The notes: a model not told the origin generated them from the sequence alone. A DNA stretch of 64,000 bases from Candidatus Kuenenbacteria bacterium HGW-Kuenenbacteria-1 (GCA_002839745.1 PGYQ01000001.1:16775-80774), one strand, 5' to 3'; positions 9,309-20,356 are shown, counted from the first letter of the stretch. Numbers and translations are program-made.

Positions 9309-10385
9309 TTATTTTTCCTTGTTTAAACCTGCATAAATTGTTGCGGGAGTTTTAGGATCTATTAATAAAACTTTTACTGCATTTAAAGTAGGTAATTTTT
9401 TAGTGATCCAAGTAATTCCATTATCATTTGTTTTATAAATAGCCCCATTTGTTCCATAATAAATTTCTCTTGAATTTTTAGGATTAACTGCTACAGAATA
9501 AATTTTTACAGTTCCAGGCAAAGATAATAATTTAAAATCTTTCCATGTTTTTCCTCCATCATCGGTTTTTATTAATCCATATGTTGTTGCGAGTAAAAAT
9601 CCTTCTTTTTTGCTTGGATCAAAAGCAATATCAAAAATATTTTTTCCTCCAGCATATTTTTCTAATCCTAAAGTAATGTCTTGCCAATTTTTTCCTTGAT
9701 CCCCAGATCTAAAAATACCCGCATTTACTGTGGTTACATAAAAAATTCGATTATCATAAGGATTTATTAAAATTTTATTTATCTTATTTTTTGTTTCGTT
9801 TTTTTTATTAAAACTTTCTATTGTATTCCAACTTTGTCCTGAATTTAAACTTTGTAAAAGCGCCCCATCGTTTGTTCCTGCATAAATTTTATTAGGATTT
9901 TTCCAATCAATTGCTAAAGATGTAATATATCTTTTATCTTGATTTTCAATAAAAATTTCCTGTAATTTTTTTTCTTGATTAAGTAATTTATAGATTTTAT
10001 TATAATATGCCACATAAATAATATTTTTATTTTTTGGATCAATAGCTATGTCGTTAATTTCCCCTTTTGGAATAAAAATATTATTCCATTCATCTCCTGC
10101 ATTAAAAGTAACAAATAATCCATTTTCTTTGGTTCCTAAATAGATAATTTTAGAATCATCTAAAGAAAAAAACATTTTTGTTAGATTAATCCTGCTAATA
10201 TTTTGTTTTTCTTTTTTATTTTGAGATACTAGAGATGTTTTTTGTTCCCAAGTATTTCCAGCATCAGTTGATTTAAAGATTCCTCCGCTTCCATTTCCGT
10301 TTTTTTCAAAGTTAACTTTAATACACCCCGTCAAAAATAAAGGAATGAACATTAATAAAATAAAAGTAAGTATTTTTTTAAACAT
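9309..10385 (-). CDS. Lipoprotein with BNR/Asp-box repeats (Ycf48-like beta-propeller)
   Basis: Lipobox LTGC; repeated S/T-x-D-x-G-x-T-W motifs (STDAGNTW, SLNSGQSW, SGDQGKNW, TDDGGKTW, TNDNGITW). Confidence 0.55.
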   Translation of the reverse strand: MFKKILTFILLMFIPLFLTGCIKVNFEKNGNGSGGIFKSTDAGNTWEQKTSLVSQNKKEKQNISRINLTKMFFSLDDSKIIYLGTKENGLFVTFNAGDEWNNIFIPKGEINDIAIDPKNKNIIYVAYYNKIYKLLNQEKKLQEIFIENQDKRYITSLAIDWKNPNKIYAGTNDGALLQSLNSGQSWNTIESFNKKNETKNKINKILINPYDNRIFYVTTVNAGIFRSGDQGKNWQDITLGLEKYAGGKNIFDIAFDPSKKEGFLLATTYGLIKTDDGGKTWKDFKLLSLPGTVKIYSVAVNPKNSREIYYGTNGAIYKTNDNGITWITKKLPTLNAVKVLLIDPKTPATIYAGLNKEK

Positions 10386-10395
10386 AATTTAGAAA

Positions 10396-11373
10396 TTATA
10401 AATTTAAGGTGAAGTTTTCAAAAACTAATTTGGGATTTGCGTTGGTAAATAAATATTCTTTGGATTTTTTTATCTTTTTTAAAATTTGAAGTAATTGATT
10501 TTCGTCATAATTTTGAACCAATTCTTTTAGCTCGTTTTCCAAAAAAGAATGAATAATAAATATGTTTAAGGAATTTTTGATTAAAATTAAATCTCTAATT
10601 ATTAAATCCCATTGAGACAGAATATTTTGTAAAATTTTTATATTTTCTAAAAATTCATTTTTAGTAGATAGGGTTTTTTCAATAATTTGAAATTTCTCAT
10701 TTAAATTTTTTTGCGGAAAATTAATAAATTCTCGAATTTGTTTTTTATGTTCTTCTAATAAATTTTGATTTTGAAAAAAAGTAATTGCTAAACCAGGTTT
10801 ATTTATTGAAATTTTTGCTAATTCTAAAGCTTGATTAGCCTCTAAATTAAATTGTTTTTCAAAATAATTGACAATATCTTTTGTTGCAACTGGTAGAAAT
10901 TTTAAAATTTGTGTTCGAGAAATAATTGTTTTGGGAAGTAAATTTGTATTTTCGGCAATCAAAATAAAAATTGTTTTTGGATTTGGTTCTTCTAAAGATT
11001 TAAGAAGACAATTAGCTGCTCCTAAACTTAAAGTTTCGGCTTGATTAATAAGAATAATTTTATATGATCCATGAAAAGAATGTCTAATTAATTTTTCTTG
11101 TAAAAAACGAATTTGTTCAATGGTAATATTTTTTTTATCTTTTTCTTTATTTATAAAATAAACATCCGGATGAGTATTTTTTTCTAAATTTAGACAATGG
11201 ATACATTTTTTGCATTTTTTTTCACATAATATTTCAGATAAAAAATTTTTAGCAATTGTAGTTTTTCCTAAATGCGCTGGACCGCAAAACAAATAAGCAT
11301 GATTTAATTTATCATTTTTAATGCTTTTTTGCAAGAAATAAATAATTTTTTCATGCCCAATGATTGAATTCAT
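10396..11373 (-). CDS. holB: DNA polymerase III delta' subunit (AAA+ clamp-loader)
   Basis: HAYLFCGPAHLGKTTIAKNF Walker A, CxxC zinc module, SRTQ sensor motif. Confidence 0.75.
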   Translation of the reverse strand: MNSIIGHEKIIYFLQKSIKNDKLNHAYLFCGPAHLGKTTIAKNFLSEILCEKKCKKCIHCLNLEKNTHPDVYFINKEKDKKNITIEQIRFLQEKLIRHSFHGSYKIILINQAETLSLGAANCLLKSLEEPNPKTIFILIAENTNLLPKTIISRTQILKFLPVATKDIVNYFEKQFNLEANQALELAKISINKPGLAITFFQNQNLLEEHKKQIREFINFPQKNLNEKFQIIEKTLSTKNEFLENIKILQNILSQWDLIIRDLILIKNSLNIFIIHSFLENELKELVQNYDENQLLQILKKIKKSKEYLFTNANPKLVFENFTLNL

Positions 11374-11379
11374 ATAATT

Positions 11380-12387
11380 TTACTTCGTCGCTAAAATGGC
11401 TCTTTTGTATGATTCTAAGTTTTCTAAAGCGATGCCTGTGCCACGCACGACACAAAGTAGAGCATCATCGGCAACATAAACTGGCACATCAATAGCGCGA
11501 GAAAGAAGTTTATCCATATTTCTTAAAAGAGAACTTCCGCCAGACAAAACAATACCTTTATCAATAACATCTGCGGATAATTCAGGAGGTGTGTCAAAAA
11601 GAACAGATTTCACAGCATTAATAATTTCTGTTAATTCATCTTGAATAGCTACTGTTGCATCATCTGAAGTAATTGTTATGGTTTTAGGTAAACCAGAAAT
11701 TGTATCTCTGCCACGAATTTTCATTTTCAATTTTTCTTCTAAAAATAAAGCTGAACCAATTTGAATTTTAATATTTTCGGTTGTGCGTTCACCAATTGCT
11801 AAATTATATTTTTTTCGAGTATATTCAGCAATTGCGCTATCAAATTTATTTCCACCTAATCGTACTGAAGCATTGGTAACAATGCCACCTAAAGAAATAA
11901 CCGCAATTTCGCTTGTTCCTCCGCCCATATCAACAATCATATGTCCCGAAGCATTGCCAATAGGAATATTTGCGCCAATGGCGGCCGCAATTGGTTCTTT
12001 AATAACATACGCTGCTTTTGCCCCACCAATTAATGTAGCGTCAATTACTGCCCGACGTTCAGTAGAAGTAATTCCAGCTGGTACAGCAACCATTACTTCT
12101 GGTCTAAAAAAATGAATTCCTCCCAAAGCTTTATTAATAAAATATCGCAACATTGCTTCAGTGGTTCTATAATCAGCAATTACCCCGTCTTTGAGAGGCT
12201 TACAAGCAATAATACTATCAGGTGTTCGACCCAACATTTCCTTTGCTTCATCTCCTACAGCTAAAACCTTTTTATCAAAAACAGAAATAGCAACTACAGA
12301 AGGCTCATTAATAACAATTCCTTTTCCTGGAACATAAACCAAAGTATTTGCTGTTCCTAAATCAATGCCAATTTTTTTTATAAACAT
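11380..12387 (-). CDS. mreB: Rod shape-determining actin homolog MreB
   Basis: IGIDLGTANTLVYV phosphate-1, DMGGGTSEIAVIS, canonical MreB length. Confidence 0.9.
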   Translation of the reverse strand: MFIKKIGIDLGTANTLVYVPGKGIVINEPSVVAISVFDKKVLAVGDEAKEMLGRTPDSIIACKPLKDGVIADYRTTEAMLRYFINKALGGIHFFRPEVMVAVPAGITSTERRAVIDATLIGGAKAAYVIKEPIAAAIGANIPIGNASGHMIVDMGGGTSEIAVISLGGIVTNASVRLGGNKFDSAIAEYTRKKYNLAIGERTTENIKIQIGSALFLEEKLKMKIRGRDTISGLPKTITITSDDATVAIQDELTEIINAVKSVLFDTPPELSADVIDKGIVLSGGSSLLRNMDKLLSRAIDVPVYVADDALLCVVRGTGIALENLESYKRAILATK

Positions 12388-12603
12388 AAGATAGAATTTT
12401 TTAAATTTTAAATTTTAAATTATAAAAACGAAAAATATAACTATATATAACATAACTTATTTAATCTATCAAGATAAAAACATTTTAAAATAAATAGATT
12501 ATTAAAATTTGCTTTGTAATTATGTTTATAGTATAATTTTATTAAGAGATTAGGTTTTAAAAATTTAAAATTGTAAAAATTCTCTCTTAATTTTATTTAT
12601 TCT

Positions 12604-14781
12604 ATGTTTAATGCAAAAGATTCTAAAAATAATATTCAAGTTGCGAGTTTTTTAATTAATGATCCCAAATTAACTGAAATATGGGGAAATGTTTATATTG
12701 TTGAGCCTTCAAATGAACGAGAAAGAAAAAGGGGGCAATTAATAATTTTAGCCGCTCTTTCTGATTTTTCTTCTCAAAATCCTCAAAAAGAAATTATTGA
12801 GCGTATTATTAAAGAAATTCAAACTAATTATTATAGTTCAAACATAAACAAAGAAGAGTTAAACATTGAAGAAATATTTGAAGCAACTCTTCAAAAAGCT
12901 AATCAAGAATTTGCTAAAATAATAAGAGTGAGTCAAAGTAATTGGTTCAAAAAAATAAATATATTGGTTGCTGTGGTTAAAAATGAGTTTATTTATTTTG
13001 CTCAAATAGGATCGCTTTTTTCAGCTTTTTTAATTTATGAAGATAAAATAATTGATATTATTGAAAAAGTTAGAGTAAATAATATTTCTATTAATCCTTT
13101 AAAATTATTTTCTTCTATTACTAATGGTTCAATTAGCACTAATAATAATATTTTTTTTACTTCTTCCGGAATTTTTGATTTAATTAGTTCGGAAAAAATA
13201 AAAAAAATTATAAATAATTGGGAAGCTAATTCAGCTATTTCAAAATTTCAAAATCTTCTTAGTAATTCAAAAATTAAAAATATTTTAGCCGGAGTAATAA
13301 TTAAAAATGTTTCATCTGATAAAAAAAATATAATAGAAAATATTGAATTAATTCCAACCAATAATCCTTTATTTGATTTAGCTAAACAAAAAGAAAAAAC
13401 AGATAGAATTCTTAGAGCTTCATTTTTTTCTAAAATTCAAAAAAAATTGTTAAATTTATTTTCTCATTGCATTTCTTGTTTATTTTATTTTTTTAAAAAA
13501 ATATTTATTCATTCAAAAAGAAAATTCTATATACAAAACAGGATTGATTCGTCAGTTAAAAGACAAGAAATACCTAAAGAAATTTCTAATATTTCAACTT
13601 TTCCAAAGAAAAGAAATCTATTATTTATTAGTCATTCTCCTTTTGTGTTAAAATGGATAAATAAATTTAGATCCCTTTCTTATTTTAGTAAAATATTATT
13701 TATTATTTTTTTAATTTTGGCTTTATTTTTTATATCTAGTCTTATTTGGTTAGCTAGAAAACAAAGCAATGACAATGAAATTAAAAAAAATAATCAATTA
13801 ATTGAAAAGATAGAAAATAAACAAAACGCCGTGGGCGCTGCTTTAATTTATAAAGACGAGGAAAAAGCAAAAAAGAATTTAGAAGAAATTTTAAAATTAT
13901 CTAAAGAATTACCAAAAGATTCTCCAGAAAATTTAGCAAAACTTCAAAAAATTCAAAAAGAAACAGAAATTCAGTTAAATAAATTAAGAAATATTATTAG
14001 CATTGATAATCCTTTGATAATTGCTGATTTAAATCTTTTGGATTTTAAAAATAAAAATTTTAATTTAGTTCTTTTAAATCAACAACTTTATTTTTATAAT
14101 CAAGATAATTCAATTTTTAAATTTGATTCTAAAGAAAAAAAGATTTTTTTTGTTTTTAATAATTTGCAGGAAAATAAACAATTTGAAAACGCAAAACAAT
14201 ATGATAAAAATTCTATTTTATTTTACTATAACACTAATGAATTAGCCAAATTTAATGTTTTAAATAAAGATTTAAAATTAATGGGAATTAAATTACCCAT
14301 TAAAACTAATAAAATTAAAGATTTTGTTGTTTATTCTCAAAAAATTTATTCATTAGATTCAGAAAATAATCAAATTTATAAATACAATTCAACTCAAACT
14401 GAAAAAAGTAATTGGATTAAAGATGAACAAATTAATTTAAATGAAGGAGTTTCATTGGCGATTGATGGTTCTATCTATGTTTTAAAATCTAATGGAGAAA
14501 TTTTAAAATTTCTTCAAGGGAAAAAACAAGAGTTTGCTTTAAAAAATCTTGAACCAGCATTAGAAAATCCAACTAAAATTTGGACGGATTTTAATTCTAA
14601 ATACATTTATATTTTAGAACCATCAACTAAAAGAATAATAATTTCTGATAAACAAGGCAAGGTTCAAAAACAATATACTTCTGAAAAATTTATCAAATTG
14701 CAAAATTTTGTTGTTGATGAAGAAAAAAATAAACTTTATATTCTTGCTGATAATAAAGTTTATGAGTTGAAGATTGAATAA
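12604..14781 (+). CDS. Hypothetical 725-aa protein with central TM helix, divergent from mreB
   Basis: No recognisable catalytic motif; single hydrophobic span ILFIIFLILALFFISSLIWLA splits N- and C-terminal domains. Confidence 0.4.
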   Translation: MFNAKDSKNNIQVASFLINDPKLTEIWGNVYIVEPSNERERKRGQLIILAALSDFSSQNPQKEIIERIIKEIQTNYYSSNINKEELNIEEIFEATLQKANQEFAKIIRVSQSNWFKKINILVAVVKNEFIYFAQIGSLFSAFLIYEDKIIDIIEKVRVNNISINPLKLFSSITNGSISTNNNIFFTSSGIFDLISSEKIKKIINNWEANSAISKFQNLLSNSKIKNILAGVIIKNVSSDKKNIIENIELIPTNNPLFDLAKQKEKTDRILRASFFSKIQKKLLNLFSHCISCLFYFFKKIFIHSKRKFYIQNRIDSSVKRQEIPKEISNISTFPKKRNLLFISHSPFVLKWINKFRSLSYFSKILFIIFLILALFFISSLIWLARKQSNDNEIKKNNQLIEKIENKQNAVGAALIYKDEEKAKKNLEEILKLSKELPKDSPENLAKLQKIQKETEIQLNKLRNIISIDNPLIIADLNLLDFKNKNFNLVLLNQQLYFYNQDNSIFKFDSKEKKIFFVFNNLQENKQFENAKQYDKNSILFYYNTNELAKFNVLNKDLKLMGIKLPIKTNKIKDFVVYSQKIYSLDSENNQIYKYNSTQTEKSNWIKDEQINLNEGVSLAIDGSIYVLKSNGEILKFLQGKKQEFALKNLEPALENPTKIWTDFNSKYIYILEPSTKRIIISDKQGKVQKQYTSEKFIKLQNFVVDEEKNKLYILADNKVYELKIE

Positions 14782-14854
14782 TAGAAACAAAAAAACAAAA
14801 AAACAAAGAAACACGAAAACTTAAAAAATTATGAATTTTGAATTAATTTTTTTC

Positions 14855-14945
14855 TGTCATTCCCTCGTAGGCGGGAATCTAGATTAAGATTTTTTTCTAG
14901 ATCCCCGGGTCTCGTCCTCAGAGGACTCGCCCGAGGATGACAAAG
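14855..14945. repeat. GC-rich composite palindromic repeat (tgtcattccctcg...cgaggatgaca family)
   Basis: Nested inverted repeats (ttccc/gggaa, atctaga/tctagat, gtcctc/gaggac); related copy at 36283-36360. Confidence 0.6.
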
Positions 14946-14953
14946 AATTTTTT

Positions 14954-15029
14954 GCGGGTGTAGCTCAATTGGTAGAGCGCTGGTCTCCAAAACCAGAGGT
15001 TCCAGGTTCAAGTCCTGGCTCCCGTGCCA
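14954..15029 (+). tRNA. tRNA-Trp (anticodon CCA)
   Basis: GTAGCTCAATTGGTAGAGC D-arm, CTGGT-CTCCAAA-ACCAG anticodon arm, CCAGG-TTCAAGT-CCTGG T-arm, encoded CCA; one T-T mismatch in acceptor stem. Confidence 0.8.
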
Positions 15030-15063
15030 AAATAATTTTATTTATTTTTTTAATATTTTTTTT

Positions 15064-15675
15064 ATGACAATAGAACATCCGAAAAAAGAAAGAACGCTGG
15101 TTATTATTAAGCCAGATGGCGTTCAACGATCATTAATGGGCGAAATTATTAATCGTTATGAAAGAGTTGGGCTTAAATTAGTAGCTATAAAAATGCTTAT
15201 TCCAAACGTTGAACATATAGAAAAACATTATACCTTGGATCCAAATTGGCGAAGAATTACGGGAGAAAAAACAATAAAAGGATATATAGCTAAAGGGTTA
15301 ACGCCACCATCCGAAGATCCATTTGAAATTACGGCCGTGATTTTAAAAAATTTAAAAACATATATGTCTAGCGGACCAGTAATTGCAATGGTTTGGCAAG
15401 GAGCTCATGTAGTTCAAATTATAAGAAAATTAACTGGCGGAACTGAACCTTTGACATGTGATGTAGGAACAATTCGTGGAGATTTTGTTTTGGATTCATA
15501 TCAAATGACTGATGCTGATGGGCGAGCAATTAGAAATTTAATTCATGCGTCTGGAACAGTGGGAGAAGCCGAAACTGAAATTAATCATTGGTTTAAAAAA
15601 GAAGAAATTATGGATTATCGTTTAGTACAAGAACAAATTTTATATGATGTTAATTTAGATGGGATTAAAGAATAA
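15064..15675 (+). CDS. ndk: Nucleoside diphosphate kinase (with ~45-aa insertion)
   Basis: RTLVIIKPDGVQRSLMGEIINRYERVGLKLVAIKM, catalytic His in NLIHASG. Confidence 0.85.
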   Translation: MTIEHPKKERTLVIIKPDGVQRSLMGEIINRYERVGLKLVAIKMLIPNVEHIEKHYTLDPNWRRITGEKTIKGYIAKGLTPPSEDPFEITAVILKNLKTYMSSGPVIAMVWQGAHVVQIIRKLTGGTEPLTCDVGTIRGDFVLDSYQMTDADGRAIRNLIHASGTVGEAETEINHWFKKEEIMDYRLVQEQILYDVNLDGIKE

Positions 15676-18310
15676 ATTTATGTTTAAAAAAGAAAATAAA
15701 ATAATTGATTTAAGCGCTGAAAGAAAAAAAAGAGAAAAAGAAATAGAAGAAGCAAGAAAAAAAATGAATTTTGGGAATAATTTAAAAGTTGAAATTATAA
15801 AAGAAAAAATTGAAAAAATTTCAAAAAAATCTAAATTGAAAGAGTTTTTTAATTTAATTGGATTTTTAAAAATTAAACGAAAACAAATTAAAGAAAAAAA
15901 ATTAGAACAAAAAGTATCTGAAAAAAATGAACCAATTATAAGAGATCAATCTAAAAAATTACAATTGCTATTAAAACTTTGTAATTCTTTTATTTCAGTG
16001 CCTATTTATCTTTTGGTTTTTTTTATTCCTTTATTTTTTCTTCCTTTTACTTTTGAAATTTTTGAATTTAATAAACAATATTTACTTTGGTTTTTAGTAA
16101 CAATAGCTCTAATAGCTTGGTTAATTAAAATGGCGATTATAAAAAAAGGATTTAAATTTTTGAGAAATCCTTTAAATATTCCTGTTTTAATTTTAATGAT
16201 AATTTTTGCTTTGGCTACTTTTTTTAGTTTAGATAGATATTCTTCAATTTGGGGAGTTTATGGTTGGTTTTCGGGAAATCTTTTAGAGATATTAAGTTTG
16301 GGGATGCTATTTTTTATCATAATTAATAATATTAATGAAACCAATTTAACTATTAATCGTTTAAAGAATGTTTTTTTATGCTCTGGATTTTTTGTTATTT
16401 TAATTAGTTGTCTTTCAATTTTTGGTTTTCTTTCAAAAGGAATAGCGCAAATTTCTTGGTTAAATAATTTCGTATCTGAAATTAATTTATCTAATTTTAA
16501 TTCAATCGGTTCATGGGAAACTTTGAGTATTTATTTAGTAATAATTATTATTTTGATTTTAGGGAAAAAACCGCAAAATTTATTATTTATTATTAATAAT
16601 TACTCATTACTTGTTATTTGTTGTTTATTACTTATAGGAATTAATTTTACTTTGGCATGGATTGTTTTATCAATTACCATAGGATTATTTTTTGTTTTTA
16701 AAATAGTAAAAAAAACAGAAAAAGAAAATAGTTTTAAAATTTATTTAATTAGTATTATTTTTATTATTGCTTTTATTTCTATTTTTTATCCATTAAATAA
16801 ATTTATTAAAATAGATTTAAATAAAGAAGTAAGATTAGAAAATAAAATTAGTTGGCAAATTACTGCTGACACAATAAAGCATCATCCAATTTTAGGCACA
16901 GGCCCAAGCACTTTTATTTATAATTTTTCTAAATATCATTCAGCAGAATTTAATCAAAATAAAAATTGGCAAATTCGTTTTGGAAAAAGTGGAAATTATA
17001 TTTCAGAATTAATAGTAAGTATTGGAATTTTGGGAATTTTGGTTTATTTAATTTTAATGGGAATTTTGTTTAAAAATATTTTTCGTTTACCATTTACCAT
17101 TTATTGTTTTCCGGTATTTTCTCTTTTTATTGCTCAATTTTTTTATCAAGGGAACACGGTTTTAAATTTTTGTTTTTGGTTTTTTCTTAGTCTTTTAATA
17201 GCTGATTATAGAGAAATAAAACCAGAAATTTTTAAATATCAAAAAATTGGATATAAAATTTTAAAAAATGTTCCAGAATTTTCTATTATTTTAAATTTAG
17301 TTATTATTTTAATTTTTTTTATTTTAATAGGAGGAGGTTATTTTGCTGTTCAAAAATATAAAGCAGAAGTGTTAATAAAATATGGGTTAAAATCAAAACA
17401 ACCGATGGAAAATTTTTATGAACAAAAAATTGAAATTTTAAAACAAGCTTTAATTTTAAATAGCGAACAAGTGTATTATCAAATAAATTTAATTCAAGCT
17501 TATTTAGATAAAATTTCAAACGAATCTCTAATTTTAAAAAATCAACAGTCTTATGAAAAAATGAAAGAAACAGTTAGTTTAGGAATTGATCAAATTAAAA
17601 AAGTTCAAAAAATAGCTCCATTTAATATAGAAACAGCAGAAGTTCAAGGGCGGTTTTATAAAGATATTGAAACAATGACAGAAGGAACAATTCCTTTGGC
17701 AATAGAAGGAGTAATCAAGGCTATAGAATTAGAACCCAATAGTCCTGTTTTACATTTAGAATTAGGGAAAATGTATGCAGATTTGGCGGAAAAAAATAAA
17801 GAAAAAGATTTAGAAAAAGAATCTCAAAAAACTATTTTAGAAAAAGAATCTTTTATAGAAAAAATAAAAAAAATGAGTTCATCTGAGTTAATTGCGTTAG
17901 CACAAAAAGAATTTCAAAAAGCTTTAGAATTAAAAAAGAATTTTTGGCCAGCTGAATTATATTTATCTCTTTCTTATGAAAAACAAGGAGACGTCAAAAA
18001 AGCCATTTCTGGTTTAGAAAAAATAACAATAGACTTGGATAAGGAAAAAAAAATTGAACCAATTGTTCTTTTTGAATTAGGTAGACTTTATTTTAATCAA
18101 GAAAAAACAGACGAGGCGATTAAAATATTTCAAATAGCTATTCAAATTTCACCTAATTATTCCAACGCTCTTTATGGTTTAGCAATCGCTTATGAGAAAA
18201 AAGAACTTTACGATCAAGCATCACAAATTTTTCTAAAACTTCAAGAATTAAATCCAAATAACAAAGGAATAGAAAGAAAACTTTTAGAATTAAAAGCAAA
18301 AAATAATTAA
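15659..18310 (+). CDS. O-antigen ligase (Wzy_C)-like polytopic membrane protein with C-terminal TPR repeats
   Basis: More than 10 TM helices followed by TPR-like helical repeats (ALYGLAIAYEKKELYDQASQIFLKLQELNPNN). Confidence 0.6.
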   Translation: MGLKNKFMFKKENKIIDLSAERKKREKEIEEARKKMNFGNNLKVEIIKEKIEKISKKSKLKEFFNLIGFLKIKRKQIKEKKLEQKVSEKNEPIIRDQSKKLQLLLKLCNSFISVPIYLLVFFIPLFFLPFTFEIFEFNKQYLLWFLVTIALIAWLIKMAIIKKGFKFLRNPLNIPVLILMIIFALATFFSLDRYSSIWGVYGWFSGNLLEILSLGMLFFIIINNINETNLTINRLKNVFLCSGFFVILISCLSIFGFLSKGIAQISWLNNFVSEINLSNFNSIGSWETLSIYLVIIIILILGKKPQNLLFIINNYSLLVICCLLLIGINFTLAWIVLSITIGLFFVFKIVKKTEKENSFKIYLISIIFIIAFISIFYPLNKFIKIDLNKEVRLENKISWQITADTIKHHPILGTGPSTFIYNFSKYHSAEFNQNKNWQIRFGKSGNYISELIVSIGILGILVYLILMGILFKNIFRLPFTIYCFPVFSLFIAQFFYQGNTVLNFCFWFFLSLLIADYREIKPEIFKYQKIGYKILKNVPEFSIILNLVIILIFFILIGGGYFAVQKYKAEVLIKYGLKSKQPMENFYEQKIEILKQALILNSEQVYYQINLIQAYLDKISNESLILKNQQSYEKMKETVSLGIDQIKKVQKIAPFNIETAEVQGRFYKDIETMTEGTIPLAIEGVIKAIELEPNSPVLHLELGKMYADLAEKNKEKDLEKESQKTILEKESFIEKIKKMSSSELIALAQKEFQKALELKKNFWPAELYLSLSYEKQGDVKKAISGLEKITIDLDKEKKIEPIVLFELGRLYFNQEKTDEAIKIFQIAIQISPNYSNALYGLAIAYEKKELYDQASQIFLKLQELNPNNKGIERKLLELKAKNN

Positions 18311-18313
18311 AAT

Positions 18314-20356
18314 ATGAATAAATTACTCACAATTTTTATTATTACTTTATTTTTTGGTTTCGCATTTCCAATAATGGCTTTAGTTCCAAATGATACTTAT
18401 TATTCAAAACAATGGTATTTACCGATAATTAAAGCAGATAAGGCTTGGGAAATTGCTAATAATTATTCTTCAGAAATTATTGTCGCTGTTTTAGATGCTG
18501 GTGTTGATATTAATCATCCAGATTTAAAAAATAATATTTGGACTAATCCTAATGAAATAAAAGGAAATGGAATTGATGATGATAAAAATGGTTATATAGA
18601 TGATATTAATGGTTGGGATTTTATTGAAGATTCAAATGATCCAAATCCTAAATTTCTTTCTAAATTTACTAAAGAAGCTATTAATCATGGGACAATAATA
18701 ACTGGAATAATAGCTGCTGAAGGCAATAATAATCAAGGAATAATTGGAATAAGTCCTAAAGCAAAAATTATGTGTTTGCGAGTTTTAAATGAGCAAGGAA
18801 ATGGAAACGACAGTTATATTGCTAAAGCTGTTGATTATGCTGTTAAAAATAAAGCGCGTGTTTTAAATTTAAGTTTTGTTGGAAGTAAAAAATCAGAACA
18901 ATTATCAAAAGCAATTGAACGCGCTTGGAAAGCAGGATTAATTATTGTTACAGCAGCAGGAAATGGTGATAAAAAATCAGAAACTCAAATACAAGGGATA
19001 AATTTAGATGAAATACCTTTATATCCAATTTGTTATAATGAGCAAGAAAATAAAATAATTGGAGTAGGCGCTGTTGACAATAAAGATCAAAAGACAAATT
19101 TTTCCAATTTTGGAAAAAATTATGTGGATATTTCTGCGCCGGGAATTGATTTTTATGGAACTCAGGTTTATAATTCCAATGAAGCGAATTATAAAGAATA
19201 TTATGGAGGATTTTATTCTGGAACTTCAATAGCTGCACCTCAAGTTACAGCAACAGCTGCTTTAATTTGGAGTCAATTTCCAAATTTAACAAATAAAGAA
19301 GTTCAAGATTTTATTTTAGATGGAGTTGATAATATTAGTGAACAAAATCCTGATTATAAAGATAAATTAGGAAAAGGAAGATTAAATGTTTATCAAGCTT
19401 TAAAATTGGCTCAAAGTTCCGAAGAAATTTTAAAAGGTAAAAAAATTTTTATAACATCTGATAAAGACAATAAAGTATATTTTAAAAAATTTAATATTGA
19501 TACTAATTTAAATTATCAACAAATAATTTATAGTCAACATTTTGATGGTGGCATTAATATGGCAATAGGAGATATTGATAAAGATGGAAAAGATGAAATT
19601 GTTACTGGTCCAAATATAGGCGAACCTTTAATAAAAATTTTTGATACAAATGGAAATTTAAAATTTCAATTTTTGGCTTATGATTTAGATTATAATAAAG
19701 GTATTAGTGTGGCAATAGGAGATATTGATGGAGATGGAAAAGATGAAATTATTACTGGTCCTAAGTCAGGCGAACCTTTAATAAAAATTTTTGATACAAA
19801 TGGAAATTTAAAATTTCAATTTTTGGCTTTTAATTCAAAATTTAAAGGCGGGGTTAATATAGCAACAGGCGATATTAATGGTGATAAACGAGATGAATTA
19901 ATTGTTAGTATTGCTTCGCAAGAAAGTTCTTATGTGAGAGTTTATAAATTACAAGAAAATGATTTATATCTTGAATTTCAAACAATGATTTTTAATTCAA
20001 AATTTAAAGGCGGGGTTAATATAGCAACAGGCGATATTAATGGTGACAAACGAGATGAATTAATTGTTAGTATTGCTTCGGAAGAAAGTTCTTATGTAAG
20101 AGTATATAAAATACAAGAAAATGATTTATATTTTGAATTTCAATTTATGGCTTATAGTTTTGATTTTAAAGGTGGGGTTAATATAGCAACAGGCGATATT
20201 GATGAAGACGGAAAAGATGAAATTATTACTAGTCAAAGAGAAGCAGGACAATCAATAGTGAAAATTTTTGATAAAAATGCTAATTTAAAAACCGAATTTA
20301 AATCTTTTGATTCTGAATTTCAAGGAGGAATTAATGTGGCAATTGGTAGTTTGTAG
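18314..20356 (+). CDS. Secreted subtilisin-like serine peptidase (S8) with C-terminal FG-GAP/VCBS-like repeats
   Basis: Signal peptide; catalytic triad motifs DAGVDINHPDL, HGT, GTSIAAPQV; repeated GDIDGDGKDEIITGP units. Confidence 0.85.
   Translation: MNKLLTIFIITLFFGFAFPIMALVPNDTYYSKQWYLPIIKADKAWEIANNYSSEIIVAVLDAGVDINHPDLKNNIWTNPNEIKGNGIDDDKNGYIDDINGWDFIEDSNDPNPKFLSKFTKEAINHGTIITGIIAAEGNNNQGIIGISPKAKIMCLRVLNEQGNGNDSYIAKAVDYAVKNKARVLNLSFVGSKKSEQLSKAIERAWKAGLIIVTAAGNGDKKSETQIQGINLDEIPLYPICYNEQENKIIGVGAVDNKDQKTNFSNFGKNYVDISAPGIDFYGTQVYNSNEANYKEYYGGFYSGTSIAAPQVTATAALIWSQFPNLTNKEVQDFILDGVDNISEQNPDYKDKLGKGRLNVYQALKLAQSSEEILKGKKIFITSDKDNKVYFKKFNIDTNLNYQQIIYSQHFDGGINMAIGDIDKDGKDEIVTGPNIGEPLIKIFDTNGNLKFQFLAYDLDYNKGISVAIGDIDGDGKDEIITGPKSGEPLIKIFDTNGNLKFQFLAFNSKFKGGVNIATGDINGDKRDELIVSIASQESSYVRVYKLQENDLYLEFQTMIFNSKFKGGVNIATGDINGDKRDELIVSIASEESSYVRVYKIQENDLYFEFQFMAYSFDFKGGVNIATGDIDEDGKDEIITSQREAGQSIVKIFDKNANLKTEFKSFDSEFQGGINVAIGSL
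19829..20152. repeat. Near-identical ~162-bp tandem duplication inside the S8 peptidase repeat domain
   Basis: Two consecutive copies encoding FNSKFKGGVNIATGDINGDKRDELIVSIAS[Q/E]ESSYVRVYK[L/I]QENDLY. Confidence 0.6.

Noticed and set aside
11783-12115. 110-aa + strand ORF
   Set aside because: Antisense to the highly conserved mreB; Ala/Pro-rich translation typical of GC-rich codon third positions read backwards.
14829-15011. 60-aa minus-strand ORF
   Set aside because: Overlaps tRNA-Trp and the GC-rich palindromic repeat; reading frame is a by-product of the palindromes.
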